42,042 nucleotides of DNA, from positions 158,897-200,938 of the forward strand of contig CAYHDI010000001.1 in assembly GCA_964355645.1 (NCBI GenBank), read 5' to 3'. The position numbers and the translations under genes are program-made. Below are positions 26,477 to 36,549 of this stretch, piece after piece. Under the pieces are notes generated by a model. It saw nothing but the letters and a program-made list of their open reading frames with translations, made no database searches and was not told the origin of the DNA. This stretch comes from an uncultured Candidatus Saccharibacteria bacterium. Its GTDB lineage: Bacteria > Patescibacteriota > Minisyncoccia > Phycocordibacterales > Zambryskibacteraceae. Position 1 is the first letter of the stretch. The number at the start of each line of letters is the position of its first letter.

Positions 26477-27382
26477 ATGGAAAATCAAATTAAAAAACGC
26501 GCAGTTGTTTTTATAGATGGTAATAATTTTTACTATAGACAAAAAAATTTACTTTCCGTAAATGGGAAAATATTTAGATTACTCGATTTTGATTTTATAG
26601 GTTTTTCAAAAAATTTAATTAAATCAGATGACCTTATTGAGATCCGTTATTACATCGGAGCTGTTCAAAGACAGTGGGGAATAAATAAAGAAAAATCAGA
26701 AAAAATGTATGCTGATCAGCAAAAACTTATTGCTAAACTCCAACGACAGAAAATCCCAGTGATATTGGGCAATTTGATTCAACATCCAGACAAAAGTTTC
26801 CATGAAAAAGGTGTTGATGTTAGATTGGCAGTAGAAATGATACGTCTTGCCAGAGAAAATAAATATGATACGGCTTATCTTTTAAGTTCTGATACAGATT
26901 TAGTTCCGGCGGTGGAAGAAGTTCAACTTTTTGATAAACGCGTAATTTATGTTGGAACCTCAGAAAAACAATCTTTTGGACTGACGAAGGTTTCTGATCA
27001 CACTATTCTTCTTAGAGTAGAAGACATCGCCCCATTTACTCCCGTTCTGCATCACATGAGACTTAAACAATCTCCATTTGAAAAAATAAAAGAAGGCACA
27101 AAAACCATTGAAGTTAGGCTGTTTGACGAAAAACGGAAAGAACTCAGAATCCGTGATGAAATAGAGTTTTCTTTGATGAGTAATCCTAATGATAAAATTA
27201 GAGTAAGAATCAAAAACTTAGTTCAGCACGAATCTTTTTCTAATTTATACGAAACTTTTCCACCGGAATTATTTGGAGTAGGAAATAAAGAAAATTTTAC
27301 AAAATCAATGTACAGCATATACACCAAAGAAAATGAGAACAAATATGGAGTTTTGGGTATATGCTTAGAATACATAAAATGA
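26477..27382 (+). CDS. NYN-domain RNase fused to C-terminal ASCH domain
   Basis: IDGNNF, EKGVDV, SSDTDL (NYN); HHMRL..PFEKIKEGTKTIEVR (ASCH); ATG at 26477. Confidence 0.88.
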   Translation: MENQIKKRAVVFIDGNNFYYRQKNLLSVNGKIFRLLDFDFIGFSKNLIKSDDLIEIRYYIGAVQRQWGINKEKSEKMYADQQKLIAKLQRQKIPVILGNLIQHPDKSFHEKGVDVRLAVEMIRLARENKYDTAYLLSSDTDLVPAVEEVQLFDKRVIYVGTSEKQSFGLTKVSDHTILLRVEDIAPFTPVLHHMRLKQSPFEKIKEGTKTIEVRLFDEKRKELRIRDEIEFSLMSNPNDKIRVRIKNLVQHESFSNLYETFPPELFGVGNKENFTKSMYSIYTKENENKYGVLGICLEYIK

Positions 27383-27978
27383 ACAATCAAACTGTTATTT
27401 TCATCGGGCGTTCCGGTTGTGGCAAAGGCACTCAAGCCAAACTATTAAGGGACTGGCTCCATCAAGAAGATTCAAAGAAAAAACAAATTCTCTATGTAGA
27501 AACTGGAGACAAGTTTCGGCAATTTATTTTGGGCGAAAGTTTTTCCTCAAAATTGACGAAGGAAAATTACGAGGCGGATAAGCGCCAACCGGATTTTCTC
27601 GCGTGTCTTATGTGGGGAAATATGCTCCTTGAGGAATTTGAAGAAAATATGCATGTTGTTTTTGATGGGGTGGCTCGTTCATTAGCCGAAGCGAATCTCA
27701 TTACTACTGCGCTCGAATTTTATAAACGCGACAAACCAATTGTTATCCATTTAGATGTTTCCCGCGAATGGTCCGAAGAAAGACTCTTGGCTCGAGGTAG
27801 AACAGATGATAAGAGTCTCGCGAAGATTATCAAGAGATTAAATTGGTTTGATGCAGACGTTATGCCAGCTATTGAATATTTTAAGAAAACTCCCATGTAT
27901 AGATACATTCGAGTGAATGGTGAACAGCCGATAGAAAAGGTGCATGAAGATATTTTGAAGGCTTATGATCCGGCTTAA
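27379..27978 (+). CDS. adk: Adenylate / nucleoside-monophosphate kinase, short-LID type
   Basis: GRSGCGKGTQA P-loop, FDGVAR, RGRTDD; ATGA overlap with the upstream gene. Confidence 0.85.
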   Translation: MNNQTVIFIGRSGCGKGTQAKLLRDWLHQEDSKKKQILYVETGDKFRQFILGESFSSKLTKENYEADKRQPDFLACLMWGNMLLEEFEENMHVVFDGVARSLAEANLITTALEFYKRDKPIVIHLDVSREWSEERLLARGRTDDKSLAKIIKRLNWFDADVMPAIEYFKKTPMYRYIRVNGEQPIEKVHEDILKAYDPA

Positions 27979-28732
27979 ATCCAAACAAGAAATAGAAATA
28001 ATGCGAGAGGGAGGGAAGAGACACGCTGAAATTCTTCGAGAATTGGCGAAACTTTGTGAGCCCGGGACTTCCACCCTTATTCTTGAAGAAGAAGCTTTGC
28101 GGATGATAAAACAAGGCGGAGACAAACCCGCTTTCCTCGGCTATACTCCCGCGGGGGCCAAACGGGCCTATCCTGCAGCCCTGTGTGTCTCTATAAACGA
28201 TGAAATAGTGCATGGTATCCCAAACGAGGCAGAGAGGATTCTAAACGATGGAGACATCGTTTCTCTCGATTTAGGCCTTATACACAAAGGACTTATTACT
28301 GATTCGGCTATTACTGTGGCTGTAGGAGCCATAGACGATGAATCAAAGAAACTTATAAATTTTACTAAACGGGCACTCGAAGCGGGAATCTCTGTGGCTC
28401 GTCCGGGCAATACCACCGGAGACATTGGTCAAGCCATTAATGAAGTTGTAGAACAAACGAAATTTTCTTTGGCCGAAGATCTTGCTGGACACGGAGTGGG
28501 ATACAAAGTGCATGAAGATCCATTCGTTCCGAATTTCGGAATGAGTGGCGAGGGAGAAAAACTTGTTCCTGGAATGGTGATTGCCATAGAACCAATGCTC
28601 AATGTTGGAAAGGGCTCAATCAAACTTTCCAAAGATGGTTATACTATTCGAACCAAAGATGGTTCACGCAGTGCCCACTTCGAACATACGGTTGCTATTA
28701 CAGAAAAAGGAAATATAATACTTACTCTATGA
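27965..28732 (+). CDS. map: Methionine aminopeptidase type I
   Basis: SINDEIVHGIP, GHGVG..HEDP, AIEPM, SAHFEHT. Confidence 0.99.
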   Translation: MIRLKSKQEIEIMREGGKRHAEILRELAKLCEPGTSTLILEEEALRMIKQGGDKPAFLGYTPAGAKRAYPAALCVSINDEIVHGIPNEAERILNDGDIVSLDLGLIHKGLITDSAITVAVGAIDDESKKLINFTKRALEAGISVARPGNTTGDIGQAINEVVEQTKFSLAEDLAGHGVGYKVHEDPFVPNFGMSGEGEKLVPGMVIAIEPMLNVGKGSIKLSKDGYTIRTKDGSRSAHFEHTVAITEKGNIILTL

Positions 28733-29334
28733 CACATCCAAAAAAAGAAAGAACATTGGTGGCCGTGAAGATTGATGGTATTCAGCGTTCACTTGTTGGG
28801 GAAATTATTTCACGTTTAGAAAGGGTTGGGCTCAAACTAGTAGCCATGAAAATGCTGACAGTTGATGCAGAACATGTAGAGAAGCATTATACTCTCGATC
28901 CCGAATGGAGGAGAATCACTGGTGAGAAAACCATTGCCAGCTATAAAGCCAAAGGCCTTGAACCATGGACCGACGATCCATACAAAATCACAGAAAAAGT
29001 TTTGAGAAATTTAATAAAGTATATGACGGCCGGCCCAGTCATTGCGATGGTGTGGGAAGGGGCTCATTCAGCGAAGCTTGTGCGAAAATTAGTGGGTTCT
29101 ACAGAACCTCTTACCTCTGATGTTGGTACACTTCGTGGAGATTTTGTTTTAGACTCGTATGCTATGTCTGATGCTGACGATCGTTCGGTGAGAAATATCG
29201 TTCATGCTTCTGGTTCTACAGAAGACGCAGAGAAAGAAATCAAACACTGGTTCAAACCGGAAGAAATAATTGACTATCGACACATCCAAGAAGAGATTCT
29301 CTATGATGCAAACATTGACGGGATTTTGGAGTAG
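28729..29334 (+). CDS. ndk: Nucleoside-diphosphate kinase
   Basis: ERTLVAVKIDG, GTLRGDF, NIVHAS. Confidence 0.95.
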   Translation: MTHPKKERTLVAVKIDGIQRSLVGEIISRLERVGLKLVAMKMLTVDAEHVEKHYTLDPEWRRITGEKTIASYKAKGLEPWTDDPYKITEKVLRNLIKYMTAGPVIAMVWEGAHSAKLVRKLVGSTEPLTSDVGTLRGDFVLDSYAMSDADDRSVRNIVHASGSTEDAEKEIKHWFKPEEIIDYRHIQEEILYDANIDGILE

Positions 29335-29601
29335 GTTTGCAATTGAATAGGCGGGGATTCATATTCTCGAAAACTGGGGATTGTTCTTCTTTTTTCACTT
29401 TCTTCTCTCCGCGCAAGGAATATAATTAATGCAGGGTTATTTGAGGTATTATCTAGCAAATATTTTTCAGGGAGCCAATCGTTTTGTCCCACCTTGGTGT
29501 GACATCGAGGCACCCACCTAGTCTTTATACTAGGCATACTGAAAATAACCCTAAGAAAAACTCCGAGCGCAAGCTCGGATTTTTTCGTATATAATAAGCG
29601 A

Positions 29602-29997
29602 ATGAAGAAATCACTTCTCCTAAAGAGCTTTGCTGTTTTAATTCTACTTTTTATTGTTCATCTTATTGGTCTTAAATTTTATTTGTATTGGGACCTCCGA
29701 TGGTTCGACAGCGTTGCTCATTTTCTCGGTGGATTGAGTGTTGGTCTTTTCTCGATTTGGGTTTTGTTTGTTTCAGGAATTTTCGGTAAGCATCATCCAA
29801 CCAAAAAACAAATATTTTTTTCTAGCATTGTTTGTGGGATGCTCGTCGGCACAGGCTGGGAAATTTTTGAATATGTATATCACATTGCGAATCCAATCGG
29901 CAGTTATCAAGTAGATACAACATTTGATTTGCTCGCTGATTTTGTTGGAGCCGTTGTGGCCGGATGGATTGGTCGTACTCGCGCTTATTATGAATAA
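29602..29997 (+). CDS. Membrane protein with D..AH / E..E / D...D motifs (VanZ/DUF2238-like)
   Basis: WFDSVAHFLGG, WEIFEY, DTTFDLLAD. Confidence 0.75.
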   Translation: MKKSLLLKSFAVLILLFIVHLIGLKFYLYWDLRWFDSVAHFLGGLSVGLFSIWVLFVSGIFGKHHPTKKQIFFSSIVCGMLVGTGWEIFEYVYHIANPIGSYQVDTTFDLLADFVGAVVAGWIGRTRAYYE

Positions 29998-31396
29998 ACC
30001 AACACTGACATGTTGGGGAGGAGTGGGTTCAGTCACTGGAGCGAATTTTCTTTTTGAAGTTGGTGATCCTTCGACTCCGCTCAGGACAAGAAAAATTTTG
30101 ATTGATTGTGGTTTGCTTCAAGGTGTTTCAAATGAAAATACTATTAATGCTTTAAAATTTGATTATGACCCCGCTTCGATTGATTTTCTTTTTATTACTC
30201 ATGCCCACGCTGATCATATAGGCAAAGTTCCAAAACTGGTGAAGGATGGGTTCAAGGGAACAATTTATTCCACTCCGGAAACCAAGGCCATATCTGAACT
30301 AATGCTGGCTGATATGGCCAAGATAAATGAAGGCAATGCCAGGGCTTCGCAAACAATACCTCTGTATACGGCTGTTGATGTTGAGAAATCTATGGGTATG
30401 TGGCAAACAATCAATTATCATGAAACAAAGGACTTTGATGGTTTTAAACTTGAACTTTTCGATGCGGGGCACATCCTGGGTTCAACCATGTACAAATTCA
30501 CTTTTCTTTACCCCGAGCAAGGTCGAGGGGCTGAGCAGTCTATCGTTTTCTCTGGTGATATAGGCAATTCTCCCTCGCCTATTCTTCGAAGCACAGAGGT
30601 CATTTCCGGGGCTAAATATCTACTCATGGAGTCAGTGTATGGAGATAGAAATCACGAGTCAAAATCAGACAGAGACGCGAAGTTTAAGGCGGTTATAAGT
30701 GAAGTGATAGAGAAAAAAAGCACGCTCCTTATTCCAATTTTTTCTCTTGAACGCACGCAAGTGATTCTTTACGAACTTAATTTGCTTTTCGAGTCTAAAC
30801 AATTGAAATCCATCCCAGTTTTCTTAGATTCACCGCTGGCTATTCATGTGACCGAAGTTTATGAAAGGATTACCAAAGATTATAACAATGAGATTAAAGC
30901 AGAAATCAAAGGCGGTGATGATATTTTCAAATTTCCAAAGCTGAAAGAAACTGCGCAAGTCAGGGATTCAAAAGAAATCATAAATGTGCCCGGGCCAAAA
31001 ATTATTCTAGCTGGTTCAGGAATGTCGACTGCTGGTAGGATTTTGGACCATGAACAAATTTATTTGCCAGATTCGAATACTGTTTTGCTTCTTGTGGGAT
31101 ATCAAGCCCCAGGTACGCTCGGTCGAATGCTTGATGAAGGAGCAAAGGAAGTGATGATTCATGGGCAAAAAATAAAAGTAAACGCGAGGGTAGATAAAAT
31201 CGACGGTTTCTCTGCCCATGCTGATTCGAACCAATTGGTTGATTTTGTTTCTCATACAGCGAACACTTTGACAAATGTTTTTGTGGTGATGGGCGAGCCT
31301 AAATCTTCAATCTTTCTCGCCCAACGTTTGAATGACGAACTCGGAGTGAAGGCAATTGTCCCTGAGAGAGGGAAGAGATACGAGTTGGATTTGTAA
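29990..31396 (+). CDS. Metallo-beta-lactamase / beta-CASP RNase
   Basis: LIDCG, THAHADH, AGHILG, ESVYG, GFSAHAD; start MNKPTL at 29990. Confidence 0.95.
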   Translation: MNKPTLTCWGGVGSVTGANFLFEVGDPSTPLRTRKILIDCGLLQGVSNENTINALKFDYDPASIDFLFITHAHADHIGKVPKLVKDGFKGTIYSTPETKAISELMLADMAKINEGNARASQTIPLYTAVDVEKSMGMWQTINYHETKDFDGFKLELFDAGHILGSTMYKFTFLYPEQGRGAEQSIVFSGDIGNSPSPILRSTEVISGAKYLLMESVYGDRNHESKSDRDAKFKAVISEVIEKKSTLLIPIFSLERTQVILYELNLLFESKQLKSIPVFLDSPLAIHVTEVYERITKDYNNEIKAEIKGGDDIFKFPKLKETAQVRDSKEIINVPGPKIILAGSGMSTAGRILDHEQIYLPDSNTVLLLVGYQAPGTLGRMLDEGAKEVMIHGQKIKVNARVDKIDGFSAHADSNQLVDFVSHTANTLTNVFVVMGEPKSSIFLAQRLNDELGVKAIVPERGKRYELDL

Positions 31397-32434
<1,038 letters not shown>

Positions 32435-32494
32435 AAAATTATAATCTTTCTAACTATATTCACAACTCAATCATTTGATTTTTATGCTATACTA

Positions 32495-32520
32495 ATAACA
32501 TACGATATATCGTATGTTAT
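32495..32520. repeat. Perfect 26-bp palindrome, copy A (overlaps ATG)
   Basis: ATAACATACGATATATCGTATGTTAT. Confidence 0.97.
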
Positions 32521-32950
32521 GCCACATATTTCAAAAAGAAATTTACGATTAAAACAATTAGAAAATCTTCAATCCGAACTTTTAAATTCCGTTGAGCGTT
32601 CATTTGATAATAACAAAGGAAGACAAGTTTGGGGAGAATTTTTCTCCCGAACTGAAAGGATTATGTTTGCCAAAAGGCTAGCCGTGATCGCCATGCTTTC
32701 CAAAGGTGTATCAGCGCACATGATTGCTGAGGCACTAGGAATGAGCCCATCCACAACTGAACGGATGTCTATACAATACGAAAAAGGGAAATATTTTTAT
32801 ATTATCAAAGAGGCTCTAGGCAAGAAGGATGTTTGGGATATTATCCAAGATATTTTAACCGTGGGAGGTATTATGCCGCCCAGAGCCGGCGGGAAGCGTT
32901 GGAGATCATTTGATAAAGCTGTCCGTAAAGATAAACTTAAAAATAGTTAA
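32519..32950 (+). CDS. TrpR/YerC-YecD-like helix-turn-helix protein
   Basis: FSRTERIMFAKRLAVIAML..GVSAHMIAEALGMSPSTTER. Confidence 0.8.
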   Translation: MPHISKRNLRLKQLENLQSELLNSVERSFDNNKGRQVWGEFFSRTERIMFAKRLAVIAMLSKGVSAHMIAEALGMSPSTTERMSIQYEKGKYFYIIKEALGKKDVWDIIQDILTVGGIMPPRAGGKRWRSFDKAVRKDKLKNS

Positions 32951-32964
32951 AAACGGTTAATGAG

Positions 32965-32990
32965 ATAACATACGATATATCGTATGTTGT
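32965..32990. repeat. 26-bp palindrome, copy B (14 nt after stop)
   Basis: ATAACATACGATATATCGTATGTTGT; 25/26 identical to copy A. Confidence 0.97.
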
Positions 32991-33276
32991 TGAACTAAGA
33001 GTTGTCTGTATATCAGTCCTTGCAAATTCTGGTGGGTGGGGTAAATTGAGTATATACAAATTTAATCAAAAATTATGGGAGCGGAATCATTTAATGCAGA
33101 GCCGGTCGTTCCAGATGAATCAGAAAGAGTTGAAGATGAGGTTAAAGCAGAATGTCAGGTGCTTGGACTGAGGACCGGGCAAAATTAGAAGGAGAAGCAG
33201 ACGCAAGATATTCTTCGTTTTTTGATGAAAAACGCAGACGTATGCAAGGAAAGTAAAATTTTAATGGCAAATAACA

Positions 33277-33305
33277 CAAAAAATCCGGTTGAACCGGATT
33301 TTTTG
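33277..33305. terminator. Bidirectional terminator after rplT
   Basis: CAAAAAATCCGGTT-G-AACCGGATTTTTTG. Confidence 0.8.
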
Positions 33306-33650
33306 TTATTTCGTTGCTTCGAGGATTTTCTTGAAGGTTTCGGGATTCTTCTCAGCGAGGAGAGCGAGAATTTTCCTGTCTATAGCAATTTCTTTCTTTT
33401 TTAAAGCGGAAATAAATTTGGAATAAGAGACACCATTTTCTTTTAGAATTGCACTAATACGAACATTCCAAAGTCGTCTGAAATCACCCTTCTTGTCCTT
33501 GCGATGGGCGAATGAATAAGTGCCGGCATGAAAAATGGCTTCGTTTGCTTGTCGTTCCTTCGTCGAACGACCGTGTCTGTAGCCCTTAACCTTTCTTAAA
33601 ATATTTTTTCTGGATTTGAGAGCATTTACCCCCTTTTTTACTCTGGTCAT
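33306..33650 (-). CDS. rplT: 50S ribosomal protein L20
   Basis: MTRVKKG, FRRLWNVRI, SYSKFI, DRKILA. Confidence 0.99.
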   Translation of the reverse strand: MTRVKKGVNALKSRKNILRKVKGYRHGRSTKERQANEAIFHAGTYSFAHRKDKKGDFRRLWNVRISAILKENGVSYSKFISALKKKEIAIDRKILALLAEKNPETFKKILEATK

Positions 33651-33654
33651 TGGA

Positions 33655-33846
33655 TTATAGGTTTACTAGAAATCTTGAGCGTTCTTTGTTCGACATATGA
33701 AATTCTCCTCGGCTACCCTTGGCCGCTTTGGCTGAGTGGCGTTCCTTGGCATTAAAGTGGTTCAGGCCGGTTTTTCTAGCCAAAATCTTGCCACTTTTGG
33801 TGACTTTTAGGCGTTTTGAGAAGGATTTGTTGGTTTTCATAGCCAT
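33655..33846 (-). CDS. rpmI: 50S ribosomal protein L35
   Basis: MKTNKSFSKRLKVTKSGK; between infC and rplT. Confidence 0.95.
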   Translation of the reverse strand: MAMKTNKSFSKRLKVTKSGKILARKTGLNHFNAKERHSAKAAKGSRGEFHMSNKERSRFLVNL

Positions 33847-33907
33847 AAAGCTTGTCTCGTCACGGCGTGGACGTAGAGGTATATCTTACTTATTTTGAAG
33901 GCTTTGT

Positions 33908-34414
33908 CTAGGCTTTTTCAACGATGACGGTCATTCCCTTGGGGCTCTTGGTCGGGGGGGTGGCTACTTTGTATTCAACGGTCAAAAGCTTGAGCATACG
34001 ATCAAGACGCGTTTTCAGGAAATTTTGGTCAAGGTATTTCGCTCGTCCTGGTAGGAACAAATCGAGCTTCACTCTGTTGCCTTCGGCTAGCCACTCACTA
34101 GCTTTCTTGGCTTTCAGTCCAAGGTCGTGTTCGCCTGTGCCGAGCTTCACTTGAACAGTTTTAATCTCTACCGAATGCGATTTGGTTTTCGCCTGCTTCT
34201 GTTTTTTGTTCTCTTCGTATTGATACTTGCCGAAATCGCTAATCTTGGCCACAGGAGGCACGGCGTTTGGAGAAATTTCAATAAGGTCAAGACCAGCGTC
34301 TTCTGCTTTTTTAAGAGCTTCACTTAGACTGATAACCCCAAGGTTCTCTCCTTTCGGCCCAATCACGCGCAATTCGGAGGCGCGGATTTGATGATTCACA
34401 CGTGCTGTACTCAA
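33908..34414 (-). CDS. infC: Translation initiation factor IF-3 (TTG start)
   Basis: NHQIRA, LDLIEISP, PPVAKI.DFGKYQYE. Confidence 0.98.
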   Translation of the reverse strand: MSTARVNHQIRASELRVIGPKGENLGVISLSEALKKAEDAGLDLIEISPNAVPPVAKISDFGKYQYEENKKQKQAKTKSHSVEIKTVQVKLGTGEHDLGLKAKKASEWLAEGNRVKLDLFLPGRAKYLDQNFLKTRLDRMLKLLTVEYKVATPPTKSPKGMTVIVEKA

Positions 34415-34468
34415 TTTAGATGTTTAATATGATGTTAACATTCTCATCTTAGCATATAATATAAAGAT

Positions 34469-34924
34469 ATGGAATACAGACACAAAGTCCCTCCACTTGA
34501 AGAAGTTCGTGGTAGTCGACCGATGTTGAGAAACCCGGTGAGAGAATTCAAGATGAATTTGAGAACTCTCGAACGCTTCGCCCTTTTTATGACCAGACGA
34601 ATTGGTTCTATGGGGTTTTTTATTTTCTTGTTGTTTTGGACGCTTATTTGGTTAGGATGGAATATTTTTGGTCCCATTCAAAACCGTTTTGATCCAGCTC
34701 CGGCGTTTGTTATCTGGCTATTTGTTTCAAATATTCTCCAATTAATTTTTCTGCCTCTCATTATGGTTGGACAAAATATTGAATCTCGTACAGCTGATGC
34801 TCGAGCTCAAGCAGATTTCGAAGTGAACCAAAAAACAGAAAAAGAAGTAGAAGTTATCATTGCTCATCTCGAAAATCAAAACGAATTGCTTTTGGAATTA
34901 ATGAAAAAAACTGAGAGGAGATAG
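34469..34924 (+). CDS. DUF1003-like membrane protein
   Basis: IGSMGF, FDPAPAF, PLIMVGQN, D.EVN.KTE. Confidence 0.85.
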   Translation: MEYRHKVPPLEEVRGSRPMLRNPVREFKMNLRTLERFALFMTRRIGSMGFFIFLLFWTLIWLGWNIFGPIQNRFDPAPAFVIWLFVSNILQLIFLPLIMVGQNIESRTADARAQADFEVNQKTEKEVEVIIAHLENQNELLLELMKKTERR

Positions 34925-35222
34925 TTTTGAAATGTATTATAAATAAAAATCCGCACGGTTAGGTGCGGGGGCAATACGTTACAAATAAGTGGTCACTTGT
35001 GGGAAGCGTATTGAACTTTTCTGCCAATTAATAAAAGAGACGCGGGTGAGGCGTCTCAAGGCTGAGGTTTGTTTTGCTCGTACCATCTTTTGAGCTTTTC
35101 AAACACTTCAGATGAGTCGTGGCCGAGCTCGACCTCGGGTCCAAATTGATGTTCTGGATCTTCATCGAGACCTCAAAGCTAACTTTTAGTTATAATTAGC
35201 CCATATCCATTAAACCAATTTT

Positions 35223-35645
35223 ATGAGTATAGAAGGCGCACCAGTAGAAAGAGTTGATGATACTGAGAGAACCCGTTTGATGAAGGAAGCTTCAGTTGTA
35301 GCGCGTACAAGGGTAGCAACTCTTAGTAAAGATTTACCCGACCCAGTTATGGCTCGAATGATGGGGGGTATGCAGTTTGAACTTAAAGATCCTGCAATAG
35401 AAGAAAGGAGGAGAAGTCTAGAACAATGGAAACAAGAAGCAGAAAAAAACGAAAGAGTGGCGGCTACTTTGTACGACACTCAAAAAGATATGGAAGGGAA
35501 AACAAAAGATGAACTTAGTGCCATGCTCCAAGAAGCCATACTCGCCGAAAAGAGAGAACCATCTATCGAAACTACTGTTCGCGCTGAAGTAATAAGAAAT
35601 GCTTTGAGAGAAAAATCGAGGTGGATGTCTTGGTTAAGAAATTAA
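35223..35645 (+). CDS. Hypothetical charged helical protein, convergent on the tmRNA 3' end
   Basis: 140-aa ORF with upstream TATAAT. Confidence 0.7.
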   Translation: MSIEGAPVERVDDTERTRLMKEASVVARTRVATLSKDLPDPVMARMMGGMQFELKDPAIEERRRSLEQWKQEAEKNERVAATLYDTQKDMEGKTKDELSAMLQEAILAEKREPSIETTVRAEVIRNALREKSRWMSWLRN

Positions 35646-35653
35646 TTTATTTT

Positions 35654-36046
35654 TGGTGGAGATGCCGGGAATCGAACCCGGGTGCAAAGTGAGAACGGAT
35701 TGAATTCTACGCGAAGTAGATTGCTTCGTTTGATTCGAATTAGAAAGTACAAAACAAACGAAAGCCCTTCTAACTCTATCCTCTAAGTTTAGTCCCGACT
35801 CGAGGAGGCGTCGGGACAGAGTCCCGAATATTCCACAGCATTCTTAGCACGAGACACTCTAGGAAGCCATGCGCACGAGTGAGCTTACGCTCGAACAGGT
35901 ACGAACTGGAAATCGTTCATACTGAAGTATGGCGATGTCCTAGCAAAAGTTGATTTTGCAGTTGAGTTTTGAAGCGGATTAAGGAGTCACTTCAGCTCCT
36001 TCGCGCATCAATCCGAACGATCTCCTTGTCTAGGCCGATCATCCCC
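35654..36046 (-). ncRNA. ssrA: tmRNA
   Basis: 5' GGGGATG pairs with CATCTCC-ACCA 3' (G3-U wobble); T-arm CCGGGTTCGATTCCCGG; directly downstream of smpB; tag ORF 35959-35885. Confidence 0.96.
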
Positions 36047-36055
36047 ATATGAAAA

Positions 36056-36493
36056 TTACAAAGTTCTCTTCAGGTCCCTTTCGACATCGCGTTTTTTAAT
36101 CGCTTGACGCTTGTCGAACTTTTTCTTGCCTCGCGCTATGGCTAAGTCAAGCTTTATGAACCTACCCTTATTATACACCGAAAGGGGTACGATTGTCAAC
36201 CCTTTGGTTCCTTCCGCCACGGCGAGTTTTTCTATTTCTGATTTGGTCAGGAGAAGTTTGCGTGGGCGAGTCGAATCATAGTCCACGGGAGCATTCTTCG
36301 GTTGATATGGGGGAATATCTGCGCCGATGAGGAAGGCTTCGCCTCCTCGTACCCCCACGAACGAACCGACGAGGGAAACTTTGCCTGCTCGCACGGATTT
36401 CACTTCACTTCCAACAAGCTCGAGCCCAGCCGAGAGGGTTTCCAGTATTTCGTAGTCGAATCGAGCTTTAGAATTGTGGGCAAAGGTGGCCAT
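36056..36493 (-). CDS. smpB: SsrA-binding protein
   Basis: NSKARFDY, AGL.L.GSEVKS, RKLLL, GKKKFDKR. Confidence 0.99.
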   Translation of the reverse strand: MATFAHNSKARFDYEILETLSAGLELVGSEVKSVRAGKVSLVGSFVGVRGGEAFLIGADIPPYQPKNAPVDYDSTRPRKLLLTKSEIEKLAVAEGTKGLTIVPLSVYNKGRFIKLDLAIARGKKKFDKRQAIKKRDVERDLKRTL

Positions 36494-36549
36494 ACGTTCA
36501 TAATACCAAAGAATAGCAAATTTCGGGTTTTTCAGTATAATGTTGGTCT

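Noticed and set aside
29301-29537. 78-aa minus-strand ORF after ndk
   Set aside because: Overlaps the ndk end, has no recognisable motif and only a weak start context; cannot support it as a gene.
18288-29989. Extended N-termini given by the ORF track for rpsC, rpsQ, NYN-ASCH, adk and the beta-CASP RNase
   Set aside because: Extensions overlap upstream genes or leaders; downstream ATGs match family starts.
34412-34414. Non-ATG (TTG) start of infC as a novelty
   Set aside because: Non-canonical infC starts are established autoregulation.
35223-35700. Prophage or integrative element at the tmRNA 3' end
   Set aside because: No integrase and no duplicated tmRNA 3' end (att site) seen in the window.
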